A DNA stretch of 36,100 bases from a bacterium. GTDB taxonomy: Bacteria; Electryoneota; Electryoneia; Electryoneales; Electryoneaceae. Where the stretch lies: NCBI GenBank assembly GCA_043801585.1, contig JAZDLX010000146.1, positions 1-36,100 on the forward strand. The letters are read 5' to 3'. The first letter of the stretch is position 1. Each line of letters starts with the position of its first letter. Below are positions 15,793 to 24,771 of this stretch, in pieces. The translations under genes were made by a program, and so were the position numbers. The notes beneath the pieces were generated by a model. It was given only the letters and a program-made list of their open reading frames with translations. It did no database searches and was not told the origin of the DNA.

Positions 15793-17109
15793 ATGCGTCG
15801 TCTGTTTTTAATCCACCCGACCCTGCTGGCTTCTGGACTGGCCCTGCTGCTTTCACTCGCCGGAGAAACCGTCCACGCACAGACCTCTCTCCCGTTGCAG
15901 GAGTGTATTACGCAGGCACTCGTTTCCTCGCCCCGGCTTCAGGTGGCGAAAAGCCAGCTCGAGGCCAGCGAAAGCGTTGCCCAGGCGAGCCGTGGACAAC
16001 GCCTGCCGAGCGTGGCGGCGTCCGGAAACCTCAACTACGTCAGCGAACTTCAATCGCTGGACATCGCTCCCAATCCCGCCCTTCCGACAGGAATGTCGTT
16101 CACCTTCGGCGATAATCTTTCCTACTCCCTCTCCCTCGGCGTGCGGGCTCCACTCTACGCGGGGGGGAGCCTGGTTTCTCAGGAACGGGCTTACCTCTAC
16201 GAAGCATCCGCCAGCCAACGCGACTTCGCCGCCGACAGTCTGACCGTGCTGTACGAAGTGCGAAGCGCTTATTACCGAGCCCTCGCCGCAGCGGAAGCGA
16301 ACCGTCTCACGAAGAACGCCCTCGACCGGCTGTTGCGCCACCAGAAAGACGTGGAGAACATGCAGCAGGCTGGGATGGCGGATGAGGAGACGCTTCTGAC
16401 TCTGCTGTCCCACATCCGTGAGGCCGAGCAGACGGTGGCCTCAGTCGAAGCTGGTTTTCGATCCGCGCAACTGGAGCTGGGCCGGGTGATCGGCCGCGCC
16501 GGAGAAGAGATCACCGCCAATGGGGGGTTGTCGGTTTCGCTCGATGCTTCCGTCACGACTCGGGACGTCGAGACCCGTCCTGACCTGGAAGCGTTCGATC
16601 TGCGTGCGGAGAGCGCCAGCCGACGTGTGCATGCGGCGAAGGGGAGTTATCTGCCGACCGTGTCCGCCATGGCGGCGTTCAATTACGGGAAACCGGGGGT
16701 GAATTACATCCAGAACGAGTGGATGAGCTATGCGACCGCCGGCATCAGCCTGAACTGGACGGTTTTTGACTGGAGCGTGAGAAAGCACACGGTACAGAGC
16801 GTCCGGTCCTCACGGCAGAAACTTCTCGAATCGAAACGAGCTGTCGCCGAAATGTGGCAGACAAGGCAGGCGGCGGCTCAGGCTCGGCTGGAATCCGCCC
16901 GGAGAGAACGAACCGCCGCTGAATCACGGCTCGAACTGGAACGGAAGCGGTATCATCTCGTTGAAGGCAAGAGGACTCAGGGACAGGCCAGCGAGCGCGA
17001 CCTGCTCGACGCCCAGGACGATCTCTCGTCCGCGGAAATCGGGCTTGCTCAGGCGCTCGCCCAGGAACGGTTGGCCGAGACGGAACTCCTTTACGCACTT
17101 GGCCGTTGA
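15793..17109 (+). CDS. TolC family outer membrane efflux protein
   Basis: Signal peptide, LQECITQAL..SP, PLYAGG, VRSAYY, RPDL, YLPTVS, WTVFDW, DLLDAQ. Confidence 0.92.
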   Translation: MRRLFLIHPTLLASGLALLLSLAGETVHAQTSLPLQECITQALVSSPRLQVAKSQLEASESVAQASRGQRLPSVAASGNLNYVSELQSLDIAPNPALPTGMSFTFGDNLSYSLSLGVRAPLYAGGSLVSQERAYLYEASASQRDFAADSLTVLYEVRSAYYRALAAAEANRLTKNALDRLLRHQKDVENMQQAGMADEETLLTLLSHIREAEQTVASVEAGFRSAQLELGRVIGRAGEEITANGGLSVSLDASVTTRDVETRPDLEAFDLRAESASRRVHAAKGSYLPTVSAMAAFNYGKPGVNYIQNEWMSYATAGISLNWTVFDWSVRKHTVQSVRSSRQKLLESKRAVAEMWQTRQAAAQARLESARRERTAAESRLELERKRYHLVEGKRTQGQASERDLLDAQDDLSSAEIGLAQALAQERLAETELLYALGR

Positions 17110-17167
17110 CACGACAGAAACAGACAACGTTCTCCCCCGCACCGGGGATAACAGCGAGGAACATACG

Positions 17168-18061
17168 ATGGCAAAACGAATCCCGACCTTACCCATTCTG
17201 CTGGCGCTTTCGCTCGCGGTACTCGCCGGCTGTGGCAGCAGCAAGAAAGGCCCGAACCCCTCCGGCACACTGGAGGCGACGGAAGTGGACCTGGCGGGCA
17301 CCTGGCCCGGAAAGGTTCTGGAGGTTCGCGTGCGCGAGGGAGATCATGTGAAAAGAGGCGATTCCCTCGTCGTGATTGACACCGACCTGTTGCGTTTGCA
17401 GCGGCGCCAGTCGGAAGCAGCCCTGCAATCCCTCGACGCTCAACTCGGGGCGGCGCAGGATATGGCGAAACAGGCACAGCAGAATTCCCGTCTCGCGTCG
17501 GTCACCGCCGAACGGACCGCACTCCTTTACCAGCAGGGCAGCGCCACTCAGCAGCAAGTGGATGAAACGAGCACCCGCAAGGGTGTCGCCTCTTCACAAC
17601 TTGCCGCGGCACAGAAACAGGTGACAGCTCTTCGTGCCGAGTCCTCTCGCCTGCTCGCCTCGCTGGCGTTGCTCGACCGCCAGATCCAGGATGGAATACT
17701 CGCCTCGCCGCTTGACGGGACAGTGCTGCTCCGCTCCGTCGAGCCGGGTGAGGTGCTGGGCGTTGGAGCCACAGCACTCCGTCTCGCTAACCTGAGCCAC
17801 CTTGAACTGCGGGTTTTTCTCGACGTCAACGATGTCGATCGCATCTCGCTGGGCCAGGAGGTGACCGTTCTTGTGGATGCGCTCGAGGGTGAAAAGCTGA
17901 CCGGGCGGGTCAGCTGGATTTCCAGCGAGGCGGAATTCACTCCCAAGAATGTCCAGACCCGCAACGCCCGTTCTCAGCTCGTGTACGCGGTCAAGGTAGA
18001 CGTCGATAATCCAGATGGCCGTCTCTCGATCGGGATGCCCGCTGAAATGGTGCTGCCCTGA
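17168..18061 (+). CDS. HlyD/YbhG-like periplasmic adaptor (lipoprotein)
   Basis: Lipobox LAGC, SGTLEATEV, VREGDHVKRGD, SPLDGTV, SEAEFTPKNVQT, GMPAE. ATG at 17168. Confidence 0.92.
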   Translation: MAKRIPTLPILLALSLAVLAGCGSSKKGPNPSGTLEATEVDLAGTWPGKVLEVRVREGDHVKRGDSLVVIDTDLLRLQRRQSEAALQSLDAQLGAAQDMAKQAQQNSRLASVTAERTALLYQQGSATQQQVDETSTRKGVASSQLAAAQKQVTALRAESSRLLASLALLDRQIQDGILASPLDGTVLLRSVEPGEVLGVGATALRLANLSHLELRVFLDVNDVDRISLGQEVTVLVDALEGEKLTGRVSWISSEAEFTPKNVQTRNARSQLVYAVKVDVDNPDGRLSIGMPAEMVLP

Positions 18062-18089
18062 CAGTGCGGATGACGAAAGGTGACCTCTG

Positions 18090-19025
18090 ATGACTCAGGA
18101 CGGCGACAACGGGCTGCGGATTTCCGGCCTGCGCAAGAGCTACGGCGAACGAACGGCGGTGGACGGGATTGACCTCGAGGCGCCGCTCGGTTCGATCACG
18201 GGAATCATCGGCCCGGATGGGGCGGGGAAAACCACCACGATGCGCATTGTCTGCGGGCTATTACTCCCCGACAGCGGGTGCACGGAGGTGATGGGATTCG
18301 ATCCGGTCACACAACACAAACAGGTCCGTGAACGCATCGGCTACATGCCCCAACGGTTCAGCCTCTACCCCGATCTGACCGTCCAGGAAAACCTCCGCTT
18401 TTTCGCAGACCTCTACGGCGTTTCTTCGAAAGAGTACGTCGCACGAGAACCTGAGTTGATGCAGTTCAGCCGATTGGGGAGTTTCCGCAACCGTCGAGCC
18501 AGCGCCCTGTCCGGCGGAATGAAGCAGAAGCTGGCGTTGATCTGCACCCTGATCCACACACCCCAGGTGCTGGTGCTCGATGAACCGACGTTCGGCGTGG
18601 ACCCCGTCAGCCGCAAGGAATTCTGGAACATTCTGCGAAACCTGGCGAACGACGGCCTTTCACTGCTCGTCAGCACCGCTTATATGGACGAGGCGGGACT
18701 CTGTGACCATCTCGCCCTGATGCACAAAGGCAAGATCGTACAGCGGGGAACACCGGACGAGGTAATCAATGCCTATCCTCGCAGACTTCTCGAAATCGTG
18801 GGAAAAGACCCGACCATCCTGCAGCGCCACCTGAGAAGCCGTCTCAGCAGCCACATCGAAATCCACCGTTTCGGAGACCGCCTCCATATCGCCTATGACA
18901 CGGCTAACGACGAGGCCAACCTGACTTCCCTGATGCGCGAATTGAACGTGGAAGGGAAAGAGATCCGCCCAAGCGTCGAGGACGTGTTTGTGGCGCTGGC
19001 GAGCCGCGAGGAGGTTGCAGCATGA
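18090..19025 (+). CDS. ABC transporter ATP-binding protein
   Basis: GPDGAGKTT, GYMPQRFSLY, LSGGMKQKL, LDEPT, STAYMDEA. Confidence 0.95.
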   Translation: MTQDGDNGLRISGLRKSYGERTAVDGIDLEAPLGSITGIIGPDGAGKTTTMRIVCGLLLPDSGCTEVMGFDPVTQHKQVRERIGYMPQRFSLYPDLTVQENLRFFADLYGVSSKEYVAREPELMQFSRLGSFRNRRASALSGGMKQKLALICTLIHTPQVLVLDEPTFGVDPVSRKEFWNILRNLANDGLSLLVSTAYMDEAGLCDHLALMHKGKIVQRGTPDEVINAYPRRLLEIVGKDPTILQRHLRSRLSSHIEIHRFGDRLHIAYDTANDEANLTSLMRELNVEGKEIRPSVEDVFVALASREEVAA

Positions 19026-19753
19026 ACGGCAACGGCTGGGCGGTTGAAGCGAAGCAACTGACACGGCGTTTCGGTGATTTCACCGCCGTCGATGGCATTT
19101 CCTTCCAGGTTCGGCGGGGAGAGATTTTCGGCTTTCTCGGAGCCAACGGCGCCGGTAAGACGACTGCCATCAGGATGCTCTGCGGGCTGCTCGCCCCCAG
19201 TGACGGCGCGGCGTGGGTCGACGGAATTCCAATCCTCACCGATCCGGAGAGAGTCAAACTGCGCATCGGTTACATGAGTCAGAAATTCAGCCTCTACGAC
19301 GACTTATTTGTCCTCGAGAACCTCGAATTCTACGGAGGCATCTACGGCCTTTCACGGCGGCAGATCGTTCAACGCAGCGGCGAAACTCTCGACCGCCTCG
19401 GATTGTCGGACTATGCGCGGTCGATGACCGGCGATCTCCCCCTCGGCTTCAAACAGCGACTGGCGCTTGGTTGCGCTGCTCTGCACAAGCCGGGAGTGCT
19501 GTTCCTCGACGAACCGACGAGCGGTGTCGACCCCATCGCCCGCCGCCATTTCTGGGACATGATCTACGAGTTCTCCGAAGAGGGGACAACTGTTTTCGTA
19601 ACAACCCATTACATGGATGAAGCGGAATACTGCAACCGCGTTTCCATCATGGTGGACGGCCATATCGCCGCACTCGACTCGCCGGAACGGTTGAAGGCGG
19701 CGCAATCCGCAGCCAGTATGCAGGACGTCTTTGTCAATCTGGTGAACCGATGA
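19022..19753 (+). CDS. ABC transporter ATP-binding protein
   Basis: GANGAGKTT, GYMSQKFSLY, LPLGFKQRL, LDEPTSGVDP, TTHYMDEAE; resembles the second NBD of YbhF. Confidence 0.95.
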   Translation: MNGNGWAVEAKQLTRRFGDFTAVDGISFQVRRGEIFGFLGANGAGKTTAIRMLCGLLAPSDGAAWVDGIPILTDPERVKLRIGYMSQKFSLYDDLFVLENLEFYGGIYGLSRRQIVQRSGETLDRLGLSDYARSMTGDLPLGFKQRLALGCAALHKPGVLFLDEPTSGVDPIARRHFWDMIYEFSEEGTTVFVTTHYMDEAEYCNRVSIMVDGHIAALDSPERLKAAQSAASMQDVFVNLVNR

Positions 19754-20859
19754 ATCAGGTATTTGCCATTGCCCGCAAGGAGGTGATGCACATCCTCCGC
19801 GATCCGAGAAGCCTCACCGTGGCGATTCTGATGCCGCTGATGATGGTGCTCCTCTACGGGTACGCCATTGATATGGAATTGCGCAACCTCCCCGTCGCCG
19901 TTCTCGATTTCGACCACTCCCCCGCGAGCAGGAATCTCGTCGAGAAGATGACCTCGGGCAATTTCATCATCAACGCAGGGTACATCACGGACCGGTCGGA
20001 AATCGAAGAAGGTTTCCGCCGTTCGCGTTTCCGTGCGGGCCTCGTGATTCCCCCCGGATACGGCCGTGACCTCGCGCGTGGAATGGACACGGACATTCAG
20101 CTTGTCATCGACGGTGCGGACGCCGCCACCGCCCAGGCAGTCGACCATTACCTCAGCGCCGTGATCGCGCAACTGAACCGTGACCTGTTGCGAGCCCGTT
20201 TTGGGGACAAGGCGGAGATTCCGATTGAATCCCGAACCCGCTTTTTCTTCAATCCCGAGCTGGAAAGCCCAAGTTTTGTCGTGCCGGGATTGACAGCCGT
20301 AATCATGATCATGATCTGTGCCCTGTTGACCAGCATTGCGGTGACGCGAGAAAAGGAAACAGGAACTCTCGAACAGATTCTGACCGCTCCCATCGCTTCC
20401 TACCAGGTGATGGTCGGCAAGGTGGTTCCCTACATGTTGATCGCGGCGGTCGACACCGCACTCGTACTGGTCTTCGGCCGCCTTGTCTTCCACGTTCCGA
20501 TGGTGGGATCGTGGTGGATCCTGGCCGGATACAGCCTGATCTACCTGTTCATCGCGCTTGCTTTCGGACTGCTGATCTCCGCGATCTCGAAAACCCAGCA
20601 GGTTGCCATGTTGATCGCCCTGCTGGTAACCATGCTTCCTTCGCTGATTCTCTCGGGATTCGTCTTCAGCATCGAGAGCATGCCACTCGTTCTGCAATGG
20701 ATCTGTCACATCGTCCCGGCAACCTACTACCTGAGAGTGATCCGCGGGATCATGCTGGCGGGGCGATCCTGGTATCCGTTTGAGGGAGGGGTCATGCTGT
20801 TGATGGCGGTGGGTTTCATGACCCTGGCGGTAAAACGTTTCAAATCGCGTCTGGATTGA
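19750..20859 (+). CDS. ABC-2 type transporter permease (YbhS-like)
   Basis: RKEVMHILRDPRSL, FNPELES, VPGL, REKETGTLEQIL, LSGFVFSIESMP. Confidence 0.95.
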   Translation: MNQVFAIARKEVMHILRDPRSLTVAILMPLMMVLLYGYAIDMELRNLPVAVLDFDHSPASRNLVEKMTSGNFIINAGYITDRSEIEEGFRRSRFRAGLVIPPGYGRDLARGMDTDIQLVIDGADAATAQAVDHYLSAVIAQLNRDLLRARFGDKAEIPIESRTRFFFNPELESPSFVVPGLTAVIMIMICALLTSIAVTREKETGTLEQILTAPIASYQVMVGKVVPYMLIAAVDTALVLVFGRLVFHVPMVGSWWILAGYSLIYLFIALAFGLLISAISKTQQVAMLIALLVTMLPSLILSGFVFSIESMPLVLQWICHIVPATYYLRVIRGIMLAGRSWYPFEGGVMLLMAVGFMTLAVKRFKSRLD

Positions 20860-20872
20860 AAGGAACAGCAGC

Positions 20873-22000
20873 GTGCGTACAATCCTCTACCTGATCCAGA
20901 AAGAGTTCCGCCAGATCATTCGAAACAAGTTCATGATCCGGTTGATTCTGATCGCTCCGATCATGCAGACACTTGTCCTCGGACATGCGTTGAACACCGA
21001 TTTGAAAAACGTCAACCTCGCCATCGTCGACCTCGACCACTCGAAAGCGAGCCGGGAACTGGCGTCGAGTTTCTTTGCATCCAGCCTCTTCCGCCCGGCA
21101 AAGATGAGTGCCACACCGAGTAACGTCGAAGAGGTGATGGTTCACCATGGCGCGGACATGGTTCTCTGGATTCCGGAGCATTACGAACGTGACATCGCCA
21201 CCGGTCGAAGCGCCACTGTCGGGATCTACGTTGACGGAACCAACTCCAGCCTTGCAGGACTTTCGGGGGGGTATGCCTCCGCGATTCTGCGGAAACAAAA
21301 CGAAGCGATCCGAAGGGAACGTCTCGACGCCAATCCAAGAATGGCTGCGGGGGTTTACGAGGTAAAGCCGATCAGCCGTTTCATCTACAATCCCGAACTG
21401 GAAACCCGGTATTACATGATCCCAGGCGTTGTCGTGCTGATTGTGACAATCATTTCCGGGATGCTCTCCGGAATGGCCGTTGTGCGGGAAAAAGAGATCG
21501 GCACGCTGGAACAGCTATTGGTCACTCCGATCACCCCGCTTCAGTTGATCGCCGGGAAAACCATTCCCTTTGCGATCATCTCCTTTATCGATATCGGACT
21601 CGTCACCCTGTTCGGCATCCTCTACTTCCGGCTGCCCTTTGCAGGATCGGTTCTGCTTCTTGCCGGCGCGGCGCTGCTCTACCTGCTCGTCACATTGGGC
21701 GTGGGCCTGCTCGCCTCCACGGTTTCGCAAACGCAGCAACAGTCCATGTTCACCGTCTGGTTCATCATGATCTTCGCCATCCTGACCAGCGGCTTTTTCT
21801 TCGCCATCGAGAACATGCCGACGCCGGTCCGGGCGCTGACCCTGCTGAATCCCCTGCGTTATTTCCTCTCCATCGTCCGGGGAGTCTTTCTCAAGAACGT
21901 TTCGTTGATGGACGCGATGCCGGACCTGCTACCGCTGGCGTTGATCGGTGTTGTCGTGTTCGGGGTTGCCGTCACCCGCTTCCGCAAGCGAGTGGCGTAG
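20873..22000 (+). CDS. ABC-2 type transporter permease (YbhR-like)
   Basis: KEFRQIIR, VDGTNS, YNPELE, REKEIGTLEQLLVTP, IENMP, NPLRYF. Confidence 0.95.
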   Translation: MRTILYLIQKEFRQIIRNKFMIRLILIAPIMQTLVLGHALNTDLKNVNLAIVDLDHSKASRELASSFFASSLFRPAKMSATPSNVEEVMVHHGADMVLWIPEHYERDIATGRSATVGIYVDGTNSSLAGLSGGYASAILRKQNEAIRRERLDANPRMAAGVYEVKPISRFIYNPELETRYYMIPGVVVLIVTIISGMLSGMAVVREKEIGTLEQLLVTPITPLQLIAGKTIPFAIISFIDIGLVTLFGILYFRLPFAGSVLLLAGAALLYLLVTLGVGLLASTVSQTQQQSMFTVWFIMIFAILTSGFFFAIENMPTPVRALTLLNPLRYFLSIVRGVFLKNVSLMDAMPDLLPLALIGVVVFGVAVTRFRKRVA

Positions 22001-22011
22001 GAGTATTATCT

Positions 22012-22281
22012 GTCATTCACACACAGGCGGGAATCCACATGTGCGCGCGATAATAAGGCGAAGTTGCACCCCGTCATTCCCGCGAAGGCGGGAATCCACA
22101 CGTGCGCGCGATAATAAGGCGAAGTTGCACCCCGTCATTCCCGCGAAGGCGGGAATCCACAAGTGCGCACGATAATAAGGCGGAGTTGCACCTTGTCATT
22201 CCTACGAAGGCGGGAATCCACAAGTGCGCGCGATAATAAGGCGAAGTTGCACCCCGCCATTCCCGCGAAGGCGGGAATCCA
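22012..22281. repeat. Tandem array of 61-bp units, each containing the palindrome ATTCCCGC-GAAG-GCGGGAAT (4 full units plus a partial fifth)
   Basis: Units start at 22012, 22073, 22134, 22195 and 22256. Consensus GTCATTCCCGCGAAGGCGGGAATCCACAnGTGCGCGCGATAATAAGGCGAAGTTGCACCCC. Confidence 0.95.
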
Positions 22282-22310
22282 TGTTTCTGTTATTGAGGGG
22301 AAAAGCAGCG

Positions 22311-22433
22311 ACAGGATAAACAGGATAACACCCGCAGGATGAGCAAGATTAATAATAGCACTTTTTGTATTCTTAAACATTTATCTAATTATTTGTCCTG
22401 TATATCATGCATTTCTTATCCTGTTCATCCTGT
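22311..22433. repeat. AT-rich element bounded by ACAGGATAAACAGGATA / TATCCTGTTCATCCTGT inverted repeats
   Basis: 17-bp terminal inverted repeats with one mismatch, built from CAGGAT units, around an AT-rich core. Confidence 0.75.
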
Positions 22434-22442
22434 TTCAAGGAA

Positions 22443-23606
22443 TCAAGAAGTCAGGATCGCCTCGATCTCGTCGGCGATAAGGATGCCTGAGCGGGTGTAA
22501 CGCAGGATACCGTCCTGCCGTTCGATCAGGCCGCGTTTGATCAGGCCGGTGAGTGCGGCGGGCGGCCATGCAATCTGCCCCCGTTTCGCGGCCGTTTGCA
22601 GCTCTTTTTCCTCCACTCCCGCCACCATCCGCAGGCCGAGCATCAGACGTTCCTCGAAGTATTGCATCGGCGTCAGGACCTCACCGCCCTCTTCCCCGAC
22701 ACCTTCCCGCAAAACGGCGCCGAGCCACTCCTGCGTGTTTCCGGAATTCCAGAAACGCCGTTGGCGGGTTGCGTCATAGGAGTGCCCCGAGGGACCGAGG
22801 GCGAGGTAGGAACCACCATCCCAGTAGGAGATGTTGTGACGGCAGGCGTGCCCCGTCAGCGCCCAGTTGGAAACTTCGTAGTGTTCGAAGCCCGCTTTCG
22901 CAAGCAGAGTCCGCGCCAACTCATACTGCGCCAGCTCCTCCTCCTCGGTGCATTTGACGTTGATCCCCTGCTCCTGCAAACGGTGAAACGTGGTGTCTTC
23001 TTCAACGATCAGCGAATACGCCGAGAGATGATCGGGCCGCCATGAGATGACTTCTTCGAGCGTCCGCCGCCAACCATCGAGTGGATCGGGCGCTACGACG
23101 CCGTACATCAGATCCACGCTCACCTGGGCGAACGGGAATTTCCGCATCCGTTTGAACGCCATTCGCGCCTGATCCGCGGAATGAATGCGCCCGAGGGTGC
23201 CGAGAGTGTCGGGATCGAGAGATTGAACGCCCAGGCTGATGCGGTTGATTCCGGCGTCATGCCATCCATTCATTTTCTCGTCGGTCACAGTACCGGGATT
23301 GACTTCTATGGTGACTTCAGCGTCGTCTGCGATAGTAAAGGTGTTCCGCAATGCTGAAACGAGGTCAAGAATCTGCGTGCCGGTGAGTGTGCTGGGTGTG
23401 CCGCCACCGAGGAACAGGCTGTGCACGGCCATCCCCGACCAGGGCGAATGGCGCGAACGAAGGGAGCCCTCCTGTATCAGGGCGGCAATGACTTCATCCA
23501 CCTGATGAGGGCTTTTGATTTCACTTGATGCAAAGGCACAATACGGGCATTTCCGCGCACAGAAGGGAAGATGCACGTACAGGGCGAATGAATTTTCTTT
23601 GCTCAC
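22443..23606 (-). CDS. hemW: Radical SAM heme chaperone HemW (HemN-like)
   Basis: YVHLPFCARKCPYCAF, GGGTPS, NRISLGVQS, HYEVSNW, and HNISYW (the HNxxYW motif diagnostic of HemW). Confidence 0.93.
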   Translation of the reverse strand: MSKENSFALYVHLPFCARKCPYCAFASSEIKSPHQVDEVIAALIQEGSLRSRHSPWSGMAVHSLFLGGGTPSTLTGTQILDLVSALRNTFTIADDAEVTIEVNPGTVTDEKMNGWHDAGINRISLGVQSLDPDTLGTLGRIHSADQARMAFKRMRKFPFAQVSVDLMYGVVAPDPLDGWRRTLEEVISWRPDHLSAYSLIVEEDTTFHRLQEQGINVKCTEEEELAQYELARTLLAKAGFEHYEVSNWALTGHACRHNISYWDGGSYLALGPSGHSYDATRQRRFWNSGNTQEWLGAVLREGVGEEGGEVLTPMQYFEERLMLGLRMVAGVEEKELQTAAKRGQIAWPPAALTGLIKRGLIERQDGILRYTRSGILIADEIEAILTS

Positions 23607-23806
23607 GCGTATAAGTTAACGAGACGGCCCCGTAGTTCGTTGCTCAACTGAATAAGCTCCATGTGCCCTTTGGTCTCCCGGACACTCTTTGCATTGATCG
23701 GAGATTTCTCCGGGGTGTCGTTCACCCAAATGTCTTTCTCGCTGAATTCCCGTCGGATGAGATTGATCATCCGGTTTGTTCTATCAAGGTTCACTTCTCG
23801 TGTCAT
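23603..23806 (-). CDS. Hypothetical small protein ending RGRLVNLYA
   Basis: ATG 23806 after a GGAGG RBS; its stop overlaps the hemW start (GTGA). The ORF track gives a longer version from 23866. Confidence 0.65.
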   Translation of the reverse strand: MTREVNLDRTNRMINLIRREFSEKDIWVNDTPEKSPINAKSVRETKGHMELIQLSNELRGRLVNLYA

Positions 23807-23846
23807 CTTTGCCTCCAAACCTTCCGTTGATGTCGTTTCGTGTGCG

Positions 23847-24134
23847 TCAGGCGTAGCGGTCCACATGCCGGGAACGCTCTTCTTCCTTGTCCTGACGGTT
23901 TTCCTCCCGCTGTCCCTCGTCCGATGGTTCGACCTGTTGCGGACTGCGTGACGCCTCCTGATCCGCCTGCACGGACTGAGGCCTCGTGTTCAGGTCGTAT
24001 TGGCTCTCAGCCTCAACGCGCTGTGCCGTCTGCTCCTCCTCACGGATGGCGCGTGTCTCCTCACGGGGAGCGATCAGGTAGTTGTAGTAGGGATAGATGG
24101 GCAGCGGCCCGCCAGCTTCGACTTGATCAGGCAT
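23847..24134 (-). CDS. Hypothetical low-complexity (E/Q/R-rich) protein ending SRHVDRYA
   Basis: AAGGAGG RBS upstream of ATG 24134; tight operon spacing. Confidence 0.7.
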   Translation of the reverse strand: MPDQVEAGGPLPIYPYYNYLIAPREETRAIREEEQTAQRVEAESQYDLNTRPQSVQADQEASRSPQQVEPSDEGQREENRQDKEEERSRHVDRYA

Positions 24135-24148
24135 GGCAGCCTCCTTTC

Positions 24149-24400
24149 TTACAGGTATCTGTCCAGAACACGTCCTACGCGGGACGGCCAGGACTTATCG
24201 TTGTTTTTTTCGTCTCCGGATTTGCCGAGGGTGTGTTCGACGACCTGAGCACCGATTCCGAGGTTGGTTGCCTGCCAGCGCAATCCTTCGAGCTGCAGGG
24301 CGACCTTTGTCTCGACGATGACTTGGTTGACCTGGTCGTCGATCTTCTCCTGCGCCAATTCCATCCAGCTAGTCGCGGACGGTGAAGGAATCTCGCTCAT
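24149..24400 (-). CDS. Hypothetical small protein, YjfB/putative-motility-protein-like, ending VGRVLDRYL
   Basis: ATGA coupling to the upstream gene; helical core plus a G-x-x-L-D-x-Y terminus. Confidence 0.6.
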   Translation of the reverse strand: MSEIPSPSATSWMELAQEKIDDQVNQVIVETKVALQLEGLRWQATNLGIGAQVVEHTLGKSGDEKNNDKSWPSRVGRVLDRYL

Positions 24401-24771
24401 CGGTTTTCTCCCGACGCGTTTGGACGGCGGAGCACTGTCATTGTCTCCAGGGACACTCCCTCTCTGGGCAATTCACCCAACACCGTCACCTCGGCTTCAA
24501 TGCGTAAAACCAGCTTGTTTCCATCATCCCGGATCACCTGAACCCCGCCGTTCGTCCGGGATTTCGGATCAACCGTCACCGGAAGTGTGGGCGCCGCCGC
24601 GCTGTCTTCCGGCAACCTCCGGACTTTCGCCCGCCACTCGGTTCCCGGTGGCGCATATCCGACAAAACCTTTTTCTTCAACCCGATCGATCTCCCTCCAG
24701 ACATCCTCCTGCTCCCACTCCTCCCGCCGACGAGGCACCAGGGAGGAATTCCCGGAAATGGGATTTGTCAT
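24397..24771 (-). CDS. Hypothetical protein
   Basis: ATGA overlaps at both ends; GAGAGGG RBS. Confidence 0.65.
   Translation of the reverse strand: MTNPISGNSSLVPRRREEWEQEDVWREIDRVEEKGFVGYAPPGTEWRAKVRRLPEDSAAAPTLPVTVDPKSRTNGGVQVIRDDGNKLVLRIEAEVTVLGELPREGVSLETMTVLRRPNASGENR

Noticed and set aside
17129..17152. GTTCTCCCCCGCACCGGGGATAAC resembles a type I-E CRISPR repeat
   Set aside because: Single imperfect copy inside an efflux operon spacer; more simply an intercistronic hairpin.
18090..19753. Two adjacent ABC ATPases as a frameshifted ybhF pseudogene
   Set aside because: Both ORFs have complete NBD motifs and their own C-terminal segments, joined by an RBS and ATGA coupling. The split arrangement is normal for this family.
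22012..22281. Possible CRISPR array (regularly spaced palindromes with a 61-bp period)
   Set aside because: The intervening sequences are near-identical rather than unique spacers, and there are no cas genes in the window. It is a tandem repeat.
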